Assembly (NCBI GenBank): GCA_964016885.1
Contig: OZ024740.1
Location: 177,196,001 to 177,260,000 of the forward strand
Source of the DNA: Eledone cirrhosa
Lineage: Eukaryota
Length of the DNA stretch: 64,000 bases
Direction: 5' to 3'
This document shows, piece by piece, positions 1-13,569 of the stretch. The position numbers were made by a program, and so were the translations under genes. The notes below the pieces were generated by a model. The model made no database searches and had not been told where the DNA came from. It saw only the letters and a list, made by a program, of their open reading frames with translations. Within the stretch, counting starts at the first letter, position 1, and each line of letters begins with the position of its first letter.

Positions 1-253
1 GCTATCTACAAACTTTTAGTTATGCAGACATTCAATATTTCAATGTTATTATTTACTGTCATTTCATCAGAATAATATTACTGAGGACCTATTTAGTTTT
101 TATAGAGAATATTAGGAGGGAGGGGTGAAGTTGTTAGAAGAATAGTTGAAGGAGTGGTTTTTTGATAGCAGTGAGAATTCTTGGTGGCAGTGAGTAATTA
201 GATTCCCATCTGTTGTTTTTACATTTTTTATAGAATATATTATTGGTTATTTT

Positions 254-640
254 TCTAAATCTAAGCTTTTCCAGGAGCCAAAATTTCTGCAAATTGTGTA
301 ATCTTGAGATTTATTACATAATCACACACAAGAAGAAACTGCTGAATAACAGAATTGAACGAACATTATTCTGCCGTCACAGAACTAAAACCCTTTTTTC
401 CCACTACAAGCCGAATATTACATAAAAGAGGGACATCCCCCAACTATATAAACCTTAATCAAGTTAGAAAAATATAAAAACAATCTCTTCTCAACATATA
501 TTAATAACCTTAAATTACCACACTAATAATGGAAAGATATGCTGATGAGAATAGGTGCAAATATGCGATAATGAATGTGTCTAAACACGTCCATAAGTAT
601 GTATATATATGCGAAAATGTATATAAATAAGTAAATATAT
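254..640 (+). mobile_element. Penelope-like element 3' remnant (GIY-YIG C-terminus, 3' UTR, degenerate HHR)
   Basis: ORF 243-425 reads CKLCNLE..I...LLNNRIER..CRH, matching the C-termini of the PLE endonucleases at 27404-28342 and 32240-32620; ends in a TA-rich tract. Confidence 0.75.
538..595 (+). ncRNA. Degenerate type I hammerhead ribozyme
   Basis: Stem I TATG/CATA, core CTGATGA (542-548), GAA with one A lost, stem III TGTGT/ACACG, GTC site; stem II poorly paired. Confidence 0.55.
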
Positions 641-694
641 ATATATGTTGGATGTGTATAGTTAGATGTAGGTGTATTCATGTATTAAAGTGCT

Positions 695-758
<64 letters not shown>

Positions 759-1041
759 ATATGTGTATATAGATGTGTATGTATGTGTATGTGTGTACAC
801 ATGGACTAGAGTATGTATGTATATATGTGTGTGTCTATACGTGTGTATATAAAGATAAGTTGAGTATGAAAATGTATACACATGAGCGCGTATGTATGTA
901 CATGAATACATGTGTGTATATATATGTGTATGCATGTGTATATATATGTAAGTATGAATATGTGAATTGTGAGTATATGTATTTTGTAGAGGTGTGCAAA
1001 TATATTTGTGTGTGAATGCGTGGGTGAAAGGATACGTACAC

Positions 1042-1465
1042 TTGAAAGAAAAATTTAAGTCTGAATGTTAATTAAGTGCAAACACAAAACCAACCACGCA
1101 TATCTTTACTATCTCTAATCCTTCTATAGATTTATAAAATAACCAATAATATATTCTATAAAAAATGTCAAAACAACAGATGGGAATCTAATTACTCACT
1201 GCCACCAAGAATTCTCACTGCTATCAAAAAACCACTCCTTCAACTATTCTTCTAACAACTTCACCCCTCCCTCCTAATATTCTCTATAAAAACTAAATAG
1301 GTCCTCAGTAATATTATTCTGATGAAATGACAGTAAATAATAACATTGAAATATTGAATGTCTGCATAACTAAAAAGTTTGTAGATAGCTGTTTTAGGTT
1401 ATGTAACTGTTATAGAAACACGTGTCAATAAATTCCTTTCAACTAAACTGTATCCATTCAAATCT

Positions 1466-1468
<3 letters not shown>
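1042..1468 (+). mobile_element. Second PLE 3' remnant ending in (TA)n
   Basis: Frameshifted KSE.LIKCKHK near 1057-1090 resembles the PLE endonuclease terminus; followed by an HHR, AATAAA (1427-1432) and (TA)n. Confidence 0.6.
1314..1431 (+). ncRNA. Type I hammerhead ribozyme with long stem II and palindromic stem III
   Basis: Stem I TTATT/AATAA, CTGATGA 1319-1325, stem II ATGACAGT/ACTGTTAT enclosing ~70 nt, GAAA 1415-1418, CACGTG, TC. Confidence 0.8.
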
Positions 1469-1547
<79 letters not shown>

Positions 1548-1898
1548 GTATGTATGCAGTGGCGGACTGGCCAGGTTGCCAGGTTGCCCAATGGCAAGTG
1601 GCCCACAGGGGAACAACGGTAGCATTGCAGGAGCCCACAGTAACATTGCAGGGCTCACTGTAGTATTATAGGGGCCATTGCTTTGCTTTCAAAATGTAAC
1701 CTGTAGCCTAAAACAGAGAATAAATTTAAAAAAAATAAATAAAACAATTAAGCAAAGCATTTGGCCAACTAATTCTCTACGGAATTAATAGAAAGCATGA
1801 TATATGATAGCACAAATAGCTGGAATCAGCGGTTGTACATTCTTCTAAATCTTAGTGTATTCATTCATGCAAACATACATATATAGACACACATATAC

Positions 1899-2387
1899 AC
1901 GGTAATCATTTTCAGTTTTTTTCTATGGGATGTAAAAAAAAACTGAAAAAGATTACATGCATCTCTTGAACAGGATTGAAACCCAGGCCAGGATCTCAAC
2001 CGTCTCTAGTACTTACCGCTAGTCAACTGAGACAACCACGAAAGTTTGTTGAAAATTCTTATATATAAATCTACTTTCAAAATTTTCAAAACAAAATGAT
2101 GTGGTGTGGTTCATGTCTTTCTTAATATTATTGTTCCTACTTAAGGTCGACTTCTAAATCATTTGGATGTTCCATAAACTACATCCTCGTTTTGTTTCTC
2201 ATCTATCTAGAATATATTTTAACCTGTAATCATATGTAATCCATGTTTCAATTCTGTTGCACCTCATTTCTCCCCCCCCCCATCCTCTGATGTTTGAATC
2301 TACTATAATTTGGTCATACTTTATTCCTATATATATGTTTTTGCATGTCAGTTAGATTCAAACTTACAATGAATGGCATTATATATA

Positions 2388-2437
<50 letters not shown>

Positions 2438-2657
2438 TGTTTCTACGTTTGGCACAAGGCCAGCAAATTACCCAGTGCATCACTGGTACTTTATTTTATC
2501 GACCCCATAAGGATGAAAGGCAAAGTTATAATAATAATAATAATAAATTTGAAGACTAAAATCCAAAGAGGGCGTGATAAGTATAAATATATATCAAATA
2601 TATAAGATCCTGTTAAGGGTGAAAGCAGCGATTCTTTGCTTAAATTTTAATCTGTTA

Positions 2658-2709
<52 letters not shown>

Positions 2710-3680
2710 GTTTGTTAAAATAATCAAATTAAATTAATTCGACAGTTAAACATACATAGGAATAATAAGGCTGTTACCAAAGGGCCAGAAACTGACAAGT
2801 CGACCTTAAATATGACTAATAGCTCTAGGAAAGCCATGAACGAACCATAACATTTTAACTTTGATTTTGAAAGTAAGTTTATAATTATCAATTTTAACTT
2901 TACTTTTGGAGCCCTCTAGGTGGCCTAGTCGGAGGAATCATAGACGGTGGTGATTCTTGTATGAAGTTCGATCCTGGTCGTGAGTAGGGTTCCCGATAAA
3001 CAATTTCAGTTTTCTTCTATTGGTTGTAAAATAAAAACTGAAAAAAAAGCTTACATGTACCTCTTAACCAGGATTGAACCCAAGACAAGGATCTCCACCG
3101 TCTCTAGTTCCTACCACTAGCCCACTGAGACAGTTACGAAAATCTACAGAAAATTTATACTTATAAACCTACTTTCAAAACAAAATCATATGGTGTCTTT
3201 CGTGTCTTTCTTAAAGTTATTGTTCCTACTTCAGGTTGATTTCTAAATCATTTGGGTGTTCCATAAACTACATCCTCGTTTTGTTTCTCATATATCTAGA
3301 CTATATTTTAACCTGTAATCCATGTTTCATTTCTGTTTCACCTCATTCACCCCCTCCCCTCTCTTTCTCTCTGTGATATTTCGGCGGCCTAGTTGGAGGA
3401 TTCATAGCCAGTTGTGATCCTGGTCTGAAGTTCGAACCTAATCGGGTTCACGGTAAACTTTTCAGTTTTTTCTATGGGATGTAAAATAAAAACTGAAAAA
3501 GACAGCATGAATCTCTCGGCCAGGATTGAATCCAAGACCAGAATCTCTACCGTCTCTAGTACCTACCACTAGTCCATTGAGACAGCTACAGGAATCTACT
3601 GAAAATTCATACTTATAAACCTACTTTCGAAATTTTCAAAACAAAATGATGCGGTGTCGCTCATATCTTTCTTAATCATT
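1899..3680. repeat. ~460-bp repeat unit (copies ~1899-2330, ~2917-3370, ~3383-3680) containing convergent tRNA-like segments
   Basis: Three homologous copies; A-box TGGCCTAGTCGG and B-box GTTCGATCC on +, a homologous A/B-box set on -, separated by a TTCAGTTTT/AAAACTGAA hairpin (first copy lacks the + head). Confidence 0.7.
2437..2528 (-). mobile_element. tRNA-derived SINE, 3' half
   Basis: Matches the 3' portion of the SINE at 29167-29348. Confidence 0.8.
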
Positions 3681-3700
3681 ATTGATATGGTATATCATTA

Positions 3701-3797
<97 letters not shown>

Positions 3798-4005
3798 AAT
3801 ATATATATATATATATATATTGAGTGAGTGTGAAAGACCAAAGGTCATTATAGAAAGTCTCTGGATTTCGCAAAATACATATTTTTTATTGGAGAAGATA
3901 AGATACTTTTGGCAAAAGTTTATGTTTTTTTTTTAAATGTTATTTATTCATACAAATTAAATGATAACATTCTATATGTAGGTGGACCCCCCATCATCTC
4001 CTGGC

Positions 4006-4713
<708 letters not shown>

Positions 4714-5395
4714 ATGTTGTGTCTTGATATTTTTTGATGTTTAGGATTACTAGTGCAAACTACTGTGTCGAGTTTTGAATTTACGACAAATAGTAACTTA
4801 ATGCTTTATAATCAGTGCTATATATAACAAGCATCGATTCGACTTAGAACAGAGGGCGATGTGATCACCTAAAATCTTTTATGTCGGTGTCATACTATGT
4901 CTGCAGTCAAAATAAAAATAGTGAAGAAACAACGATTTACATTCAATAACAATAAGAATTCTCCACATTGGCACATAACATTTAATCCGTAGGGAGGAAT
5001 TGTAATCGATAACCCTTTTAATACCAAACTGCCTGAAACCAAACCTGGTTCTATGACAAAAAAAGCTGTATATTTTAAAGTCTTTATATTTATCTAAAGA
5101 AAACCCTCCAACAGGTTCCTATGTAAAAACACCAAATAAATAATGAGAAAATAATTATTACATTAAATCACACCAAATTCTTGATTATATTCAAAGTAAT
5201 TTGACAGTCAGAGACTGTCTTTCATTAGAAATATGATTAGGAAATAATTAAGCAGATCATAGTATTTTAAATGTGGTCATTTACTCAGTCATGTTTCATA
5301 TCTATGAACGACAAGGCTGATCGGTAGAATGACGTATTTTATTCTGACGCTCTACTGTCTCTCATTAATGATAAAGATGACGGAAATCATGATAA

Positions 5396-5553
5396 TTGTT
5401 TCTACTTTTGGCACAGAACCATTGTATTACTGGTGCTTTATTTTATCGACCCCGTAAGGATGAAAGGCAATGTTAACCTCAGCGGGATTTGAACTCACAT
5501 CATAAAGGCCCGTAACTAATTGCTGCGTCGGAGCCTCTACCGATACTGCCAAT
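5396..5553 (-). mobile_element. tRNA-derived SINE
   Basis: Same family as 29167-29348 (B-box GAGTTCAAATCC on -). Confidence 0.8.
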
Positions 5554-5602
5554 CACGTACTCCATTTTCTGCATGTTCTCGTTCACCTTCTCCTCCTCTC
5601 TC

Positions 5603-5603
<1 letters not shown>

Positions 5604-5633
<30 letters not shown>

Positions 5634-6160
5634 CTTCTTCTTCTTCTTCTTCTTCTTCTTCTTCTTCTTCTTCTTCTTCTTCTTCTTCTTCTTCTTCTTC
5701 TTCTTTCTTCTTCTTCTTCTTGTCTTTCATTTACTTTGACGCTAAACACCGCCAGTTGCAGACTGAGCATCAACGTGACATATTTTTTTCCACAAAGTTC
5801 GATCAACACCAGCAGAGTTTAAAGAGCAAAGAACAAGTTCAGTCCATAAGTTGACATTATCAAGCCATCGTTTTGGCTGCCGGCCTCTGCTTCTCTTACC
5901 AGCCAACCTTCCTTCCAGGCATAACGTACTCACAACACGAGTTAATATTTTTATATGACCGTATAGTTTGAGTACTCTTGACTTGACAATTGATGTAATT
6001 GGTCATGTTTGGTAATGTTGAGCAGTTCACTGATACAGATATGGTCGCTGAGCCGCTTGCCAGTCATAAGTCTAATGATTAGGTTCTGGAATGTAGAGAG
6101 CTTCTGAAGTGACCTTGTCGTCCAATTAACACAGTCAAGACCATATAACACAACTGTTAA
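5604..6160 (-). mobile_element. RTE-clade LINE 3' fragment with (GAA)n tail
   Basis: Peptides LYGLDCVNW..LSTFQN..IRLMTG and LEGRLAGKRSRGRQPKRWLDNV are typical of RTE ORF C-termini; (TTC)n at 5604-5720 is the tail. Confidence 0.8.
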
Positions 6161-7354
6161 TCTTTCATATTTACAATCAAATACAAAACTACATAATCTA
6201 TAGACCTACTAGAAACAATGGCTGAATCTCACTCACATCACACCCAATCGTATTAAGAACAAAAAAAAGGAAGTACAGATTAGTTAATACACTCCTAAAT
6301 AGATTAACATGATGTCTTATAAAAAATGACTAGATGGTCACAGCGGGGACGCTGTTGATTATAGGGCTACACAGTCAAGAAAAACAGGAACTTGTAACAC
6401 AACAACGTCTGAGCAAAGTGATTTGAATACGAAGTTGAAACATTTGTGCAGATGTAAAACGGAGACAGTCAACAACAATAAACAACTAATGATAAAATTA
6501 AAATATATTTTAGAAATTGAGTACTCTGAGTATGTTTGGTCCTAAGCTATAGCTTATTTAGCTTATAGGTAAGTCCAACACTGATCTTATCATTCATAAT
6601 AGTTGATATGCAGTAACCGCAGTCATTGTCTTTGTAGTGTTGGCGAAGCTCTGACACACGAATCAATAATGAATATGCGATGGGATTTGTAAGAAAAATT
6701 ATCGCAGTGTTATGTTGTAAAAGGATTAGCTATAAGAATGTACATACATACATTAAGTGACTCGCCACCTTTACCTAAACATCATAAGCGAGCCTTCACT
6801 CTATCACTACTCCTGTTAGAAACAATAACCAAATCGTCATCAATGACCTATGATAACAGGAGCCAACTAAGTGATTCTTCGTGCTCACGTGATTTGCTAG
6901 AAATAACAGTAAAACATTTCATCAACGGAAAAGACGAGATGAACACAAGGTAAAACAAACATTTGATCATAGGGCTGCTCAAGCAGATCTGGCAATAATA
7001 AATCTCAACCATTACCATTTGCCGTCGCGACATAATACCGCGTGTATGTATAACTGTGAAGAAGCCGTACGTTGTGTATAGGAGGTGTGTTCGCATATTC
7101 TCGCAATATCGAGATTTCAAATAAGGTTTAAACACAAAGCTAATATTGTTGAATGCCTTTTATTATGTATTTTTATAACGTAAAATTTATGGTATATTTT
7201 ATGTATTTTATTCTTTTATGTCTTGCTGATATCGATAGGTGAGTTGTCAATCTCAATATGAAGTGTATTTAAGGGGTAAAGGGTAGGCCATTGAATTTAA
7301 CTGTCACAACACGACACTTTCATCAAAGGAAAACACAAATACAAATACACACAT

Positions 7355-7404
<50 letters not shown>

Positions 7405-7451
7405 ATGTATGTATATATATATATATGTGTGTGTGTGTGTATATATATATG

Positions 7452-7482
<31 letters not shown>

Positions 7483-7551
7483 GTATGTATGTGTATATAT
7501 ATATATATATATGCATATATATATATGCATAAATATATATATATATATATA

Positions 7552-7649
<98 letters not shown>

Positions 7650-7914
7650 AGAGAGAGGGAGAGTTAGAGACACGCTTTCTTTTTCATTGCGCAAATTGTT
7701 TGATATAATGCTTATTATTTTACACAGAGACAGACACATTCACAGACACAAATAACCACCTTTGCCACCCAGATATATACATATACACGCCAGAGAAATA
7801 TATAAATGTATTAATATATACACTTACAAAAAAGGGTGAGGCCTTTCGGAGTGTATGGTCGGTAATATGGAATGTATTTAAAACAGTTGCACATACATAC
7901 ACACACGCACCTAC

Positions 7915-8003
<89 letters not shown>

Positions 8004-8015
8004 CTATATATATCA

Positions 8016-8062
<47 letters not shown>

Positions 8063-8073
8063 TAGATAGATAG

Positions 8074-8270
8074 ATAGATGAGATTCTACAGGACTAGAAC
8101 TGTTTCATTCTTTAGAAATCATCAGGAATCAGGAATTAGATTCCTGATGATTTCTAAAGAATGAAACAGTTCTAGTCCTGTAGAATCTCATCTATATTAA
8201 AATGTTATACTCTGCTATGTATTGAGTACCTTACTTACTGTGGTTACCTCCGATTCAACCCGGAATAACT
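8074..8270. mobile_element. Short fold-back HHR element between microsatellites
   Basis: 57-bp perfect arms 8074-8130 and 8139-8195, each a complete HHR; then ATTAAA (8196-8201), a 70-nt tail and (TA)n; second copy at 31870-32010. Confidence 0.85.
8138..8188 (+). ncRNA. Type I hammerhead ribozyme (mirror copy on - at 8081-8131)
   Basis: Stem I AGATTC/GAATCT, CTGATGA, stem II TTCT/AGAA, GAAA, stem III CAG/CTG, GTA site. Confidence 0.85.
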
Positions 8271-8287
8271 TTATATATATATATATA

Positions 8288-9283
8288 TATAAATTAATAT
8301 GTAAGTGATGAAACACAGATACCAACACATCTGTATATATATTGCAAAAGAAAAATTTAGCCAGATTGAAGTATACTAATTATTATACTACAGTTTGTCC
8401 ATATCGATTTAAAATAATAAATCAACGGAGACGAACTGTATTGGCAAAAGGCCGTGATGTTTAGACACATTTAAATTTCAAAATCAAACCTGTTCCGTAG
8501 ATAAGTTTAGACTTTAAGATCCAAATATGTTTCGAATTAAATAAGTGTAGGAATATCATGTCCCGCTCTCCTCAGTAAACATCCAGAGACAAATTGATAT
8601 GCTTCACTTCTAAATGATTTTAAAGACTGCGTGTCGCACATGGCTTTACAGTATCTAACTGGTCTCATAACCGAACTGCTAGAAATAACAGTCGTATATA
8701 TGAGACGGTTTGCAGCTCAAACTAGGAGCAGTTAAAATTAATAAGGTAATGAATTCTTTTACAATGGAATCGGCTCGAATGAGGAAAAATATCCCCTGAG
8801 CAGTGTATAAATTAATATGTAAGTGATGAATTTTAACTGCTCCTAGTTTGAGCTGCAAACATATTAATTTATACACTGCTGAGGGGATATTTTTCCTCAT
8901 TCGAGCTGATTCCATTGTAAAAGAATTCATTACCTTATTAATTTTAACTGCTCTTAGTTTGAGCTGCAAACCGTCTCATATATACGACTGTTATTTCTAG
9001 CAGTTCGGTTATGAGACCAGTTAGATACTGTAAAGCCATGTGCGACACGCAGTCTTTTAAATCATTTAGAAGTGAAGCATATCAATTTGTCTCTGGATGT
9101 TTACTGAGGAGAGCGGGACATGATATTCCTACACTTTTTTAACTCGAAACATATTTGGATCTTAAAGTCTAAACTTATCTACGGAACAGGTTTGATTTTG
9201 AAATTTAAATGTGTCTAAACATCACGGCCTTTTGCCAATACAGTTCGTCTCCGTTGATTTATTATTTTAAATCGATATGGACA

Positions 9284-9284
<1 letters not shown>
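8288..9284. mobile_element. ORF-less 518-nt HHR monomer (retrozyme-like) with inverted copy
   Basis: Direct repeat at 8288 and 8806 (period 518); inverted arms 8395-8820 and 8859-9284; (TA)n on both sides. Confidence 0.8.
9099..9174 (+). ncRNA. Type I hammerhead ribozyme (mirror copy on - at 8505-8580)
   Basis: Stem I GTTTA/TAAAC, CTGAGGA, stem II GAG/CTC, GAAAC...GTC. Confidence 0.7.
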
Positions 9285-9370
<86 letters not shown>

Positions 9371-9371
<1 letters not shown>

Positions 9372-10807
9372 CGGCGATGAATTAGTTTTGCGAGGTTTTT
9401 TATATGAAATCGTGTGTCGAAACAAATATTGTTATACTTGGGGAGGGTCATATTTGTGTAATATTGCCAGAATTAATAACAGAACACACTCACTGTTTGG
9501 TTGGTTTTCGCTTTTCGCTTCTGTGTCTTTTATATCGGTAATCTAATTTATTCGGTCCTCAATGTTGCCATTAACTGACCAACGGTCAAAAATAATACAG
9601 ATACAATATAGACACGAACACATATATATAGTTTATCAAAGTTCTTTCGTTGCACATCTGCAACATCGTCAGTGGTGCTCTAGATTCCTCCCGTTACATT
9701 GTATTTCTACGCCATCTTTATTTAGTCTGTTTATATATTTATTTATTTGTTTGTTTGTTTATTTTATTTTGTCTTCTTTGCGCATGCGTTTGCGTGTGTG
9801 TATAGTGTTTTGTTTGATGTGTGTTCGTGATTGGGTGACTGTGTATTGGTTAATGTATTCTATGTTTACTAGTGTGTGTTTATGTGTTTGTTGTTATTGT
9901 GCTTGTGTATGTATTTATTTATTTATTTATTTATATATTTATTTATTTATTTATACTTCTCTTAGGTCAGTGTTGTTTGTTTGGGTGTTGTTCTTATTCC
10001 ATTCATTCTTTCTGTTTAGTCTTGGCCTTCTAAGTTCTATTTCGCTGGCTATCTGCTGGGTCATTTCTATGTTTAGATATTATTCTAATTTCTATGTTGT
10101 CTATGTTACCGTCGTGTTTTTGTCTGGCATGTTCGTATAGTACTGACCTGTTTACTCGTCCTTTTAGTCCCCCCCCCCCCAGTGTTGGTCTATCCTTTCA
10201 CCTATGCTACGAGCTGTCTCGCCTATGTATGTTGTTGTCATGTTTCTGCAAGTACCCTCTGTACATCTTATGCTATAGACTACGTTTCTAGTTTTACAGT
10301 TTATCCGGGGGTTTACCTTACATATGATACATTTCCTATTGGTACAGTGGGTTTTCTTAAAAGGGTAGGTTTTGCTGATCAGGGATTTTATGGTGGTTCC
10401 TGGCTTTTCTACCACCTCAATCTTTAAGTGGGTCCTTCTCAGGGCCTTTCTACACTGGTTAGCTAATTTCCCTCCAGGGGTAGCGTCCACAAACATGAAA
10501 CTCTGGTATCTCTAGTTGTCGTACCATGAGGTGGCTTTCCCTATCTTATGTCTAGCCCTATCTAAGCTATTCCAGGGTTTGATCCTGTATAATGGGCAAA
10601 TTCCTTTCATGTCCAGTTCTATGAGGGTCTTATACTTCTCCATGGCTCCTTCGTATACTCTGACTCTGTCTCTTTGGTTGTAGCCAGAGAACTGCATGCG
10701 GTTGATGAAGTGTTGGATGTGTTTTTCCATTTCTGTTGGGTCGCATATGCGGGACACATTCTTCATCACTCGTACCAAATCTGCGATCAGAATATTAAAC
10801 TTAGCAC
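9371..10807 (-). mobile_element. 5'-truncated Penelope-like element (RT thumb, Cys-rich linker, GIY-YIG, 3' HHR)
   Basis: ORFs 10512-10778 (FINRMQFSGY) and 10164-10496 (C..C..C..C, NVVYSIRC...YIGETARSIGERIDQH), continuing to LNRKNEW; 3' end at (TA)n. Confidence 0.85.
9635..9676 (-). ncRNA. Minimal hammerhead ribozyme in the PLE 3' region, partly degenerate
   Basis: CTGACGA, stem II GTTGCA/TGCAAC, GAAA; stems I and III weak. Confidence 0.6.
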
Positions 10808-11554
10808 TACTTGATCGTTTTTTTTGGCTATGCGAATGATTGTTTAACCATCGTCTCAGTGTGTTTGGCGTTTAACGTTTGTTATAGCTCTGGTTTATAT
10901 GAACCATTGAGCACTTGCCTCACATCTCGGAGGTTGTTTTTCGTTATGCGAATCTCGATCATTTATGTTTGTATTTATCCCCAGACTCTAGCTATTGACC
11001 AGTTAATTTTCTTGATTTTTTAGTTGATTCTATTGACTGATGAATAACTTATGTTAATTTTAACCCTTCTGTTGAGAACTCTATTCGATTTGTGATGTTT
11101 TTGCATTCTTGCAAACATATACACAACTGAATTTATTCGCCTGATATAGGGGCTGCCTCCCTTGCCGATCCCCACGTGGAGTCAGCAATAGTCAGTCCTT
11201 GTATTAACATTGAACTAAAACCTGTTGAGAAAGTGGCTTCCTTGTTCAATCATCTTACCAGAAGCCTGACATTATTTATGTAAGCGGACGGTACTTGATT
11301 TAGGAGCCGCAGAAACCCAAATACTGGATTTTACCAACCATCCAGGGGTCCGGTTAAATTTTCAATACCCGAATTACTTGATCATGTTTTTGGCTATGCG
11401 AATGATTGTTTAACCATCGTCTCAGTGTGTTTGGCGTTTAACGTTTGTTATAGCTCTGGTTTATCTGAACCATTGAGCACTTGCCTCACATCTCGGAGGT
11501 TGTTTTTCGTAATTTCATGGGCCGAAATGCGAATCTCGATCATTTATGTTTGTT

Positions 11555-11555
<1 letters not shown>
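10808..11555 (+). mobile_element. ORF-less ~581-nt monomer family, 1.3 tandem copies, with variant HHR
   Basis: Direct repeat 10808-10972 vs 11375-11553; homologous in opposite orientation to 17998-18747 and 45241-45943. Confidence 0.85.
11219..11355 (+). ncRNA. Variant hammerhead ribozyme (U3-A8 core TTGAGAA), long stems II and III
   Basis: TTGAGAA 11225-11231; stem II GTGGCTTCCT/AGGAGCCGC; GAAA 11312-11315; stem III CCC/GGG plus CTGGAT/ATCCAG; GTC; stem I AACCTG/CGGTT (imperfect). Confidence 0.7.
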
Positions 11556-11586
<31 letters not shown>

Positions 11587-11707
11587 TAACAGATTAAACT
11601 TTAATTTGTTATTTTAATAAATATTTGCTCTACGGTTCTTATATATTTGATGTATATTTATCCTTATCGAGCCCTCTTTGGATTTTAGTCTTCAAATTTA
11701 TTACTAT

Positions 11708-11771
<64 letters not shown>

Positions 11772-11819
11772 TAAAATAAAATAAATAAGTCAAATGTTTA
11801 AAATTTAGCTTCGTTTATT

Positions 11820-11874
11820 ACTGCTATATATATTTCGGTGACAGCCATCTTTGGCTGTGACCTCTTCAGGCAGT
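11820..11874 (-). ncRNA. Type I hammerhead ribozyme within a ~340-bp (TA)n-bounded element
   Basis: On -: ACTGC CTGAAGA GGTCACAGCCA-AAGA-TGGCTGTCACC GAAA TATATA TA GCAGT AATAAA. Confidence 0.9.
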
Positions 11875-12249
11875 CCGAATTAGCGTGGTATAGACAAGTA
11901 CATATGTTGTTGAGGTGTATAACCTTGTCAATACTCTGATATGCCCAGTTCCTGGTTGGGTTGTTATTTCACTGAGGAACTGGAGTCATATTTATTTTAT
12001 TTTATTTTACATTACTCCAGAGTAACCAAACCAACCTGCGCACTTCGTCGAGTGCTCCAATCTGCATACTGACGTATTGGTATACAACCAACATATACTG
12101 AAAAAAAAATATATATATATATTGTGTGAACGTGTGTGTGTGGAATTGTGTTTTTCCTTTATCATTTTATACTTTTTAACTTAGAATTTATTTACACCCA
12201 CGAAAGTTAAAGCTCCTAGTTGAGATCTATCGCGGGGTAACCAAACTTC

Positions 12250-13088
12250 TTGAGCCAATCTTGAGAAAGTAAACTTGGATATTATCGGACTATCAGAGAC
12301 TAAATCAAAGGAAAACAAAATCAAGATATATCAAGATACCGAATACTATCTTTATCTATCAAGCAATGAGACTCGTCGCATAAATGGAGTGGGTTTCTTG
12401 GTTAACAAAAAGTGAAAATGATTACGGACAGACTAGCCGTCCTGAGCTTGAAGGGTGAGTTTTGTAAAGTTGTACTTATCCAATGCTATTTTCCTGCATC
12501 TACACACCCAGAAGGAGAAATCAATGAGCTTTATGACAATATACAGGCCATTATAGATGACACCAAAGATTATCTCTTTCTGATGGGTAACTTTAACTAT
12601 AAAGTTGGGCAACTAAATCAATCATCCCCATCAAGTATTGGGAAATATACCACAGTCACATTTAACTTGAGAGGTGAGCTTCTAACCCAGCTTTGTACGA
12701 AGAACTATCTGCAGATCACCAACACAATATTTCAAAAGCAAGATCTGTTCATTAGGTTATCGTCAGACAGTATAACTAAGAATCAAATCGACTTTATCAT
12801 AGCAATAAAATCTTCAGCAAGACTAATCGTATTAGACAGCACTCTTCTTAACACTTCTGATATATCTGACCATCGTATGGTGGGCTCAATATTTCGTATC
12901 AACTTTGTTTGGCCACAAAGAACTAAAACACTATCAAACGTTAACTTACAAAATGTATGATACTATCTACAGAGGCATAAAAGAGGTATCTGAAGAGATT
13001 TTACCCAAGGAAAGCCACAGTAGATGTCACAACGAAGAAAGAAAGCTATATCTGAAAAATATAGAATCAGAAGAGAACGTGGCCATAC
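12250..13088 (+). pseudogene. Decayed LINE apurinic-type endonuclease (RTE-like)
   Basis: LDIIGLSETK, GVGFLV, IQCYFP, LMGNFN, NQIDFI and SDHRMV motifs interrupted by stops. Confidence 0.8.
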
Positions 13089-13467
13089 AAGCGCCGAAAC
13101 ATCTATGATTCGCAGTAAACAGCTGATGAAGGGCTACTTTTCTTCTCTTGTTTACGTCCCTATTACCATCTTATACTTTGTTTACTGTAACCACACAGTC
13201 TCCTCTTTACTTGTAATGTTTATTTACTGTTGTGACCCCCCCCCCTCTACATGTTTGCTCGATTTGTTGTCCCTCCACGCTTTCATATCAACTCTCTCCT
13301 TCTCTCTCTTCCTTTTCTCTCTCTCTTTCTCTCCCACTCTCTCTTTCTCTCTCTCTCTCTTCATCTGCTCGTTTTCGGCCTGGTTACACACATGTCGTAA
13401 ACCGCTTTTGGATTATCTCCCTTTCCCTTCTCCCCCTCTCTCTACCCTTCATACTTCCGGTTTCTCC

Positions 13468-13530
<63 letters not shown>

Positions 13531-13534
13531 TCTC

Positions 13535-13569
<35 letters not shown>

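Larger units (their letters stand above)
1..1389. repeat. Inverted repeat, arms 1-253 and 1137-1389 (left arm runs off the window edge)
   Basis: 1-253 is the near-exact reverse complement of 1137-1389; the repeated sequence is a PLE 3' region containing the 5' half of the HHR at 1314-1431. Confidence 0.9.

Noticed and set aside
1557-1700. hAT-like terminus CAGTGGCGGACTGGCC
   Set aside because: No matching opposite terminus or target-site duplication found in the window
6300-7290. Possible host exons in non-repetitive DNA (donor-like GGTAAG near 6568, GGTGAG near 7238)
   Set aside because: No recognisable protein motif or consistent exon frame; cannot be supported without transcripts
11032-11050. 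Canonical CTGATGA in the ~581-nt monomer as its hammerhead core
   Set aside because: No pairable stem II or nearby GAAA, and not conserved in the other two copies; the variant core at 11225 fits all three
11155-11200. HDV-like ribozyme around conserved CCACGTG
   Set aside because: Could not build P1, P2 and P1.1 consistently across the three copies
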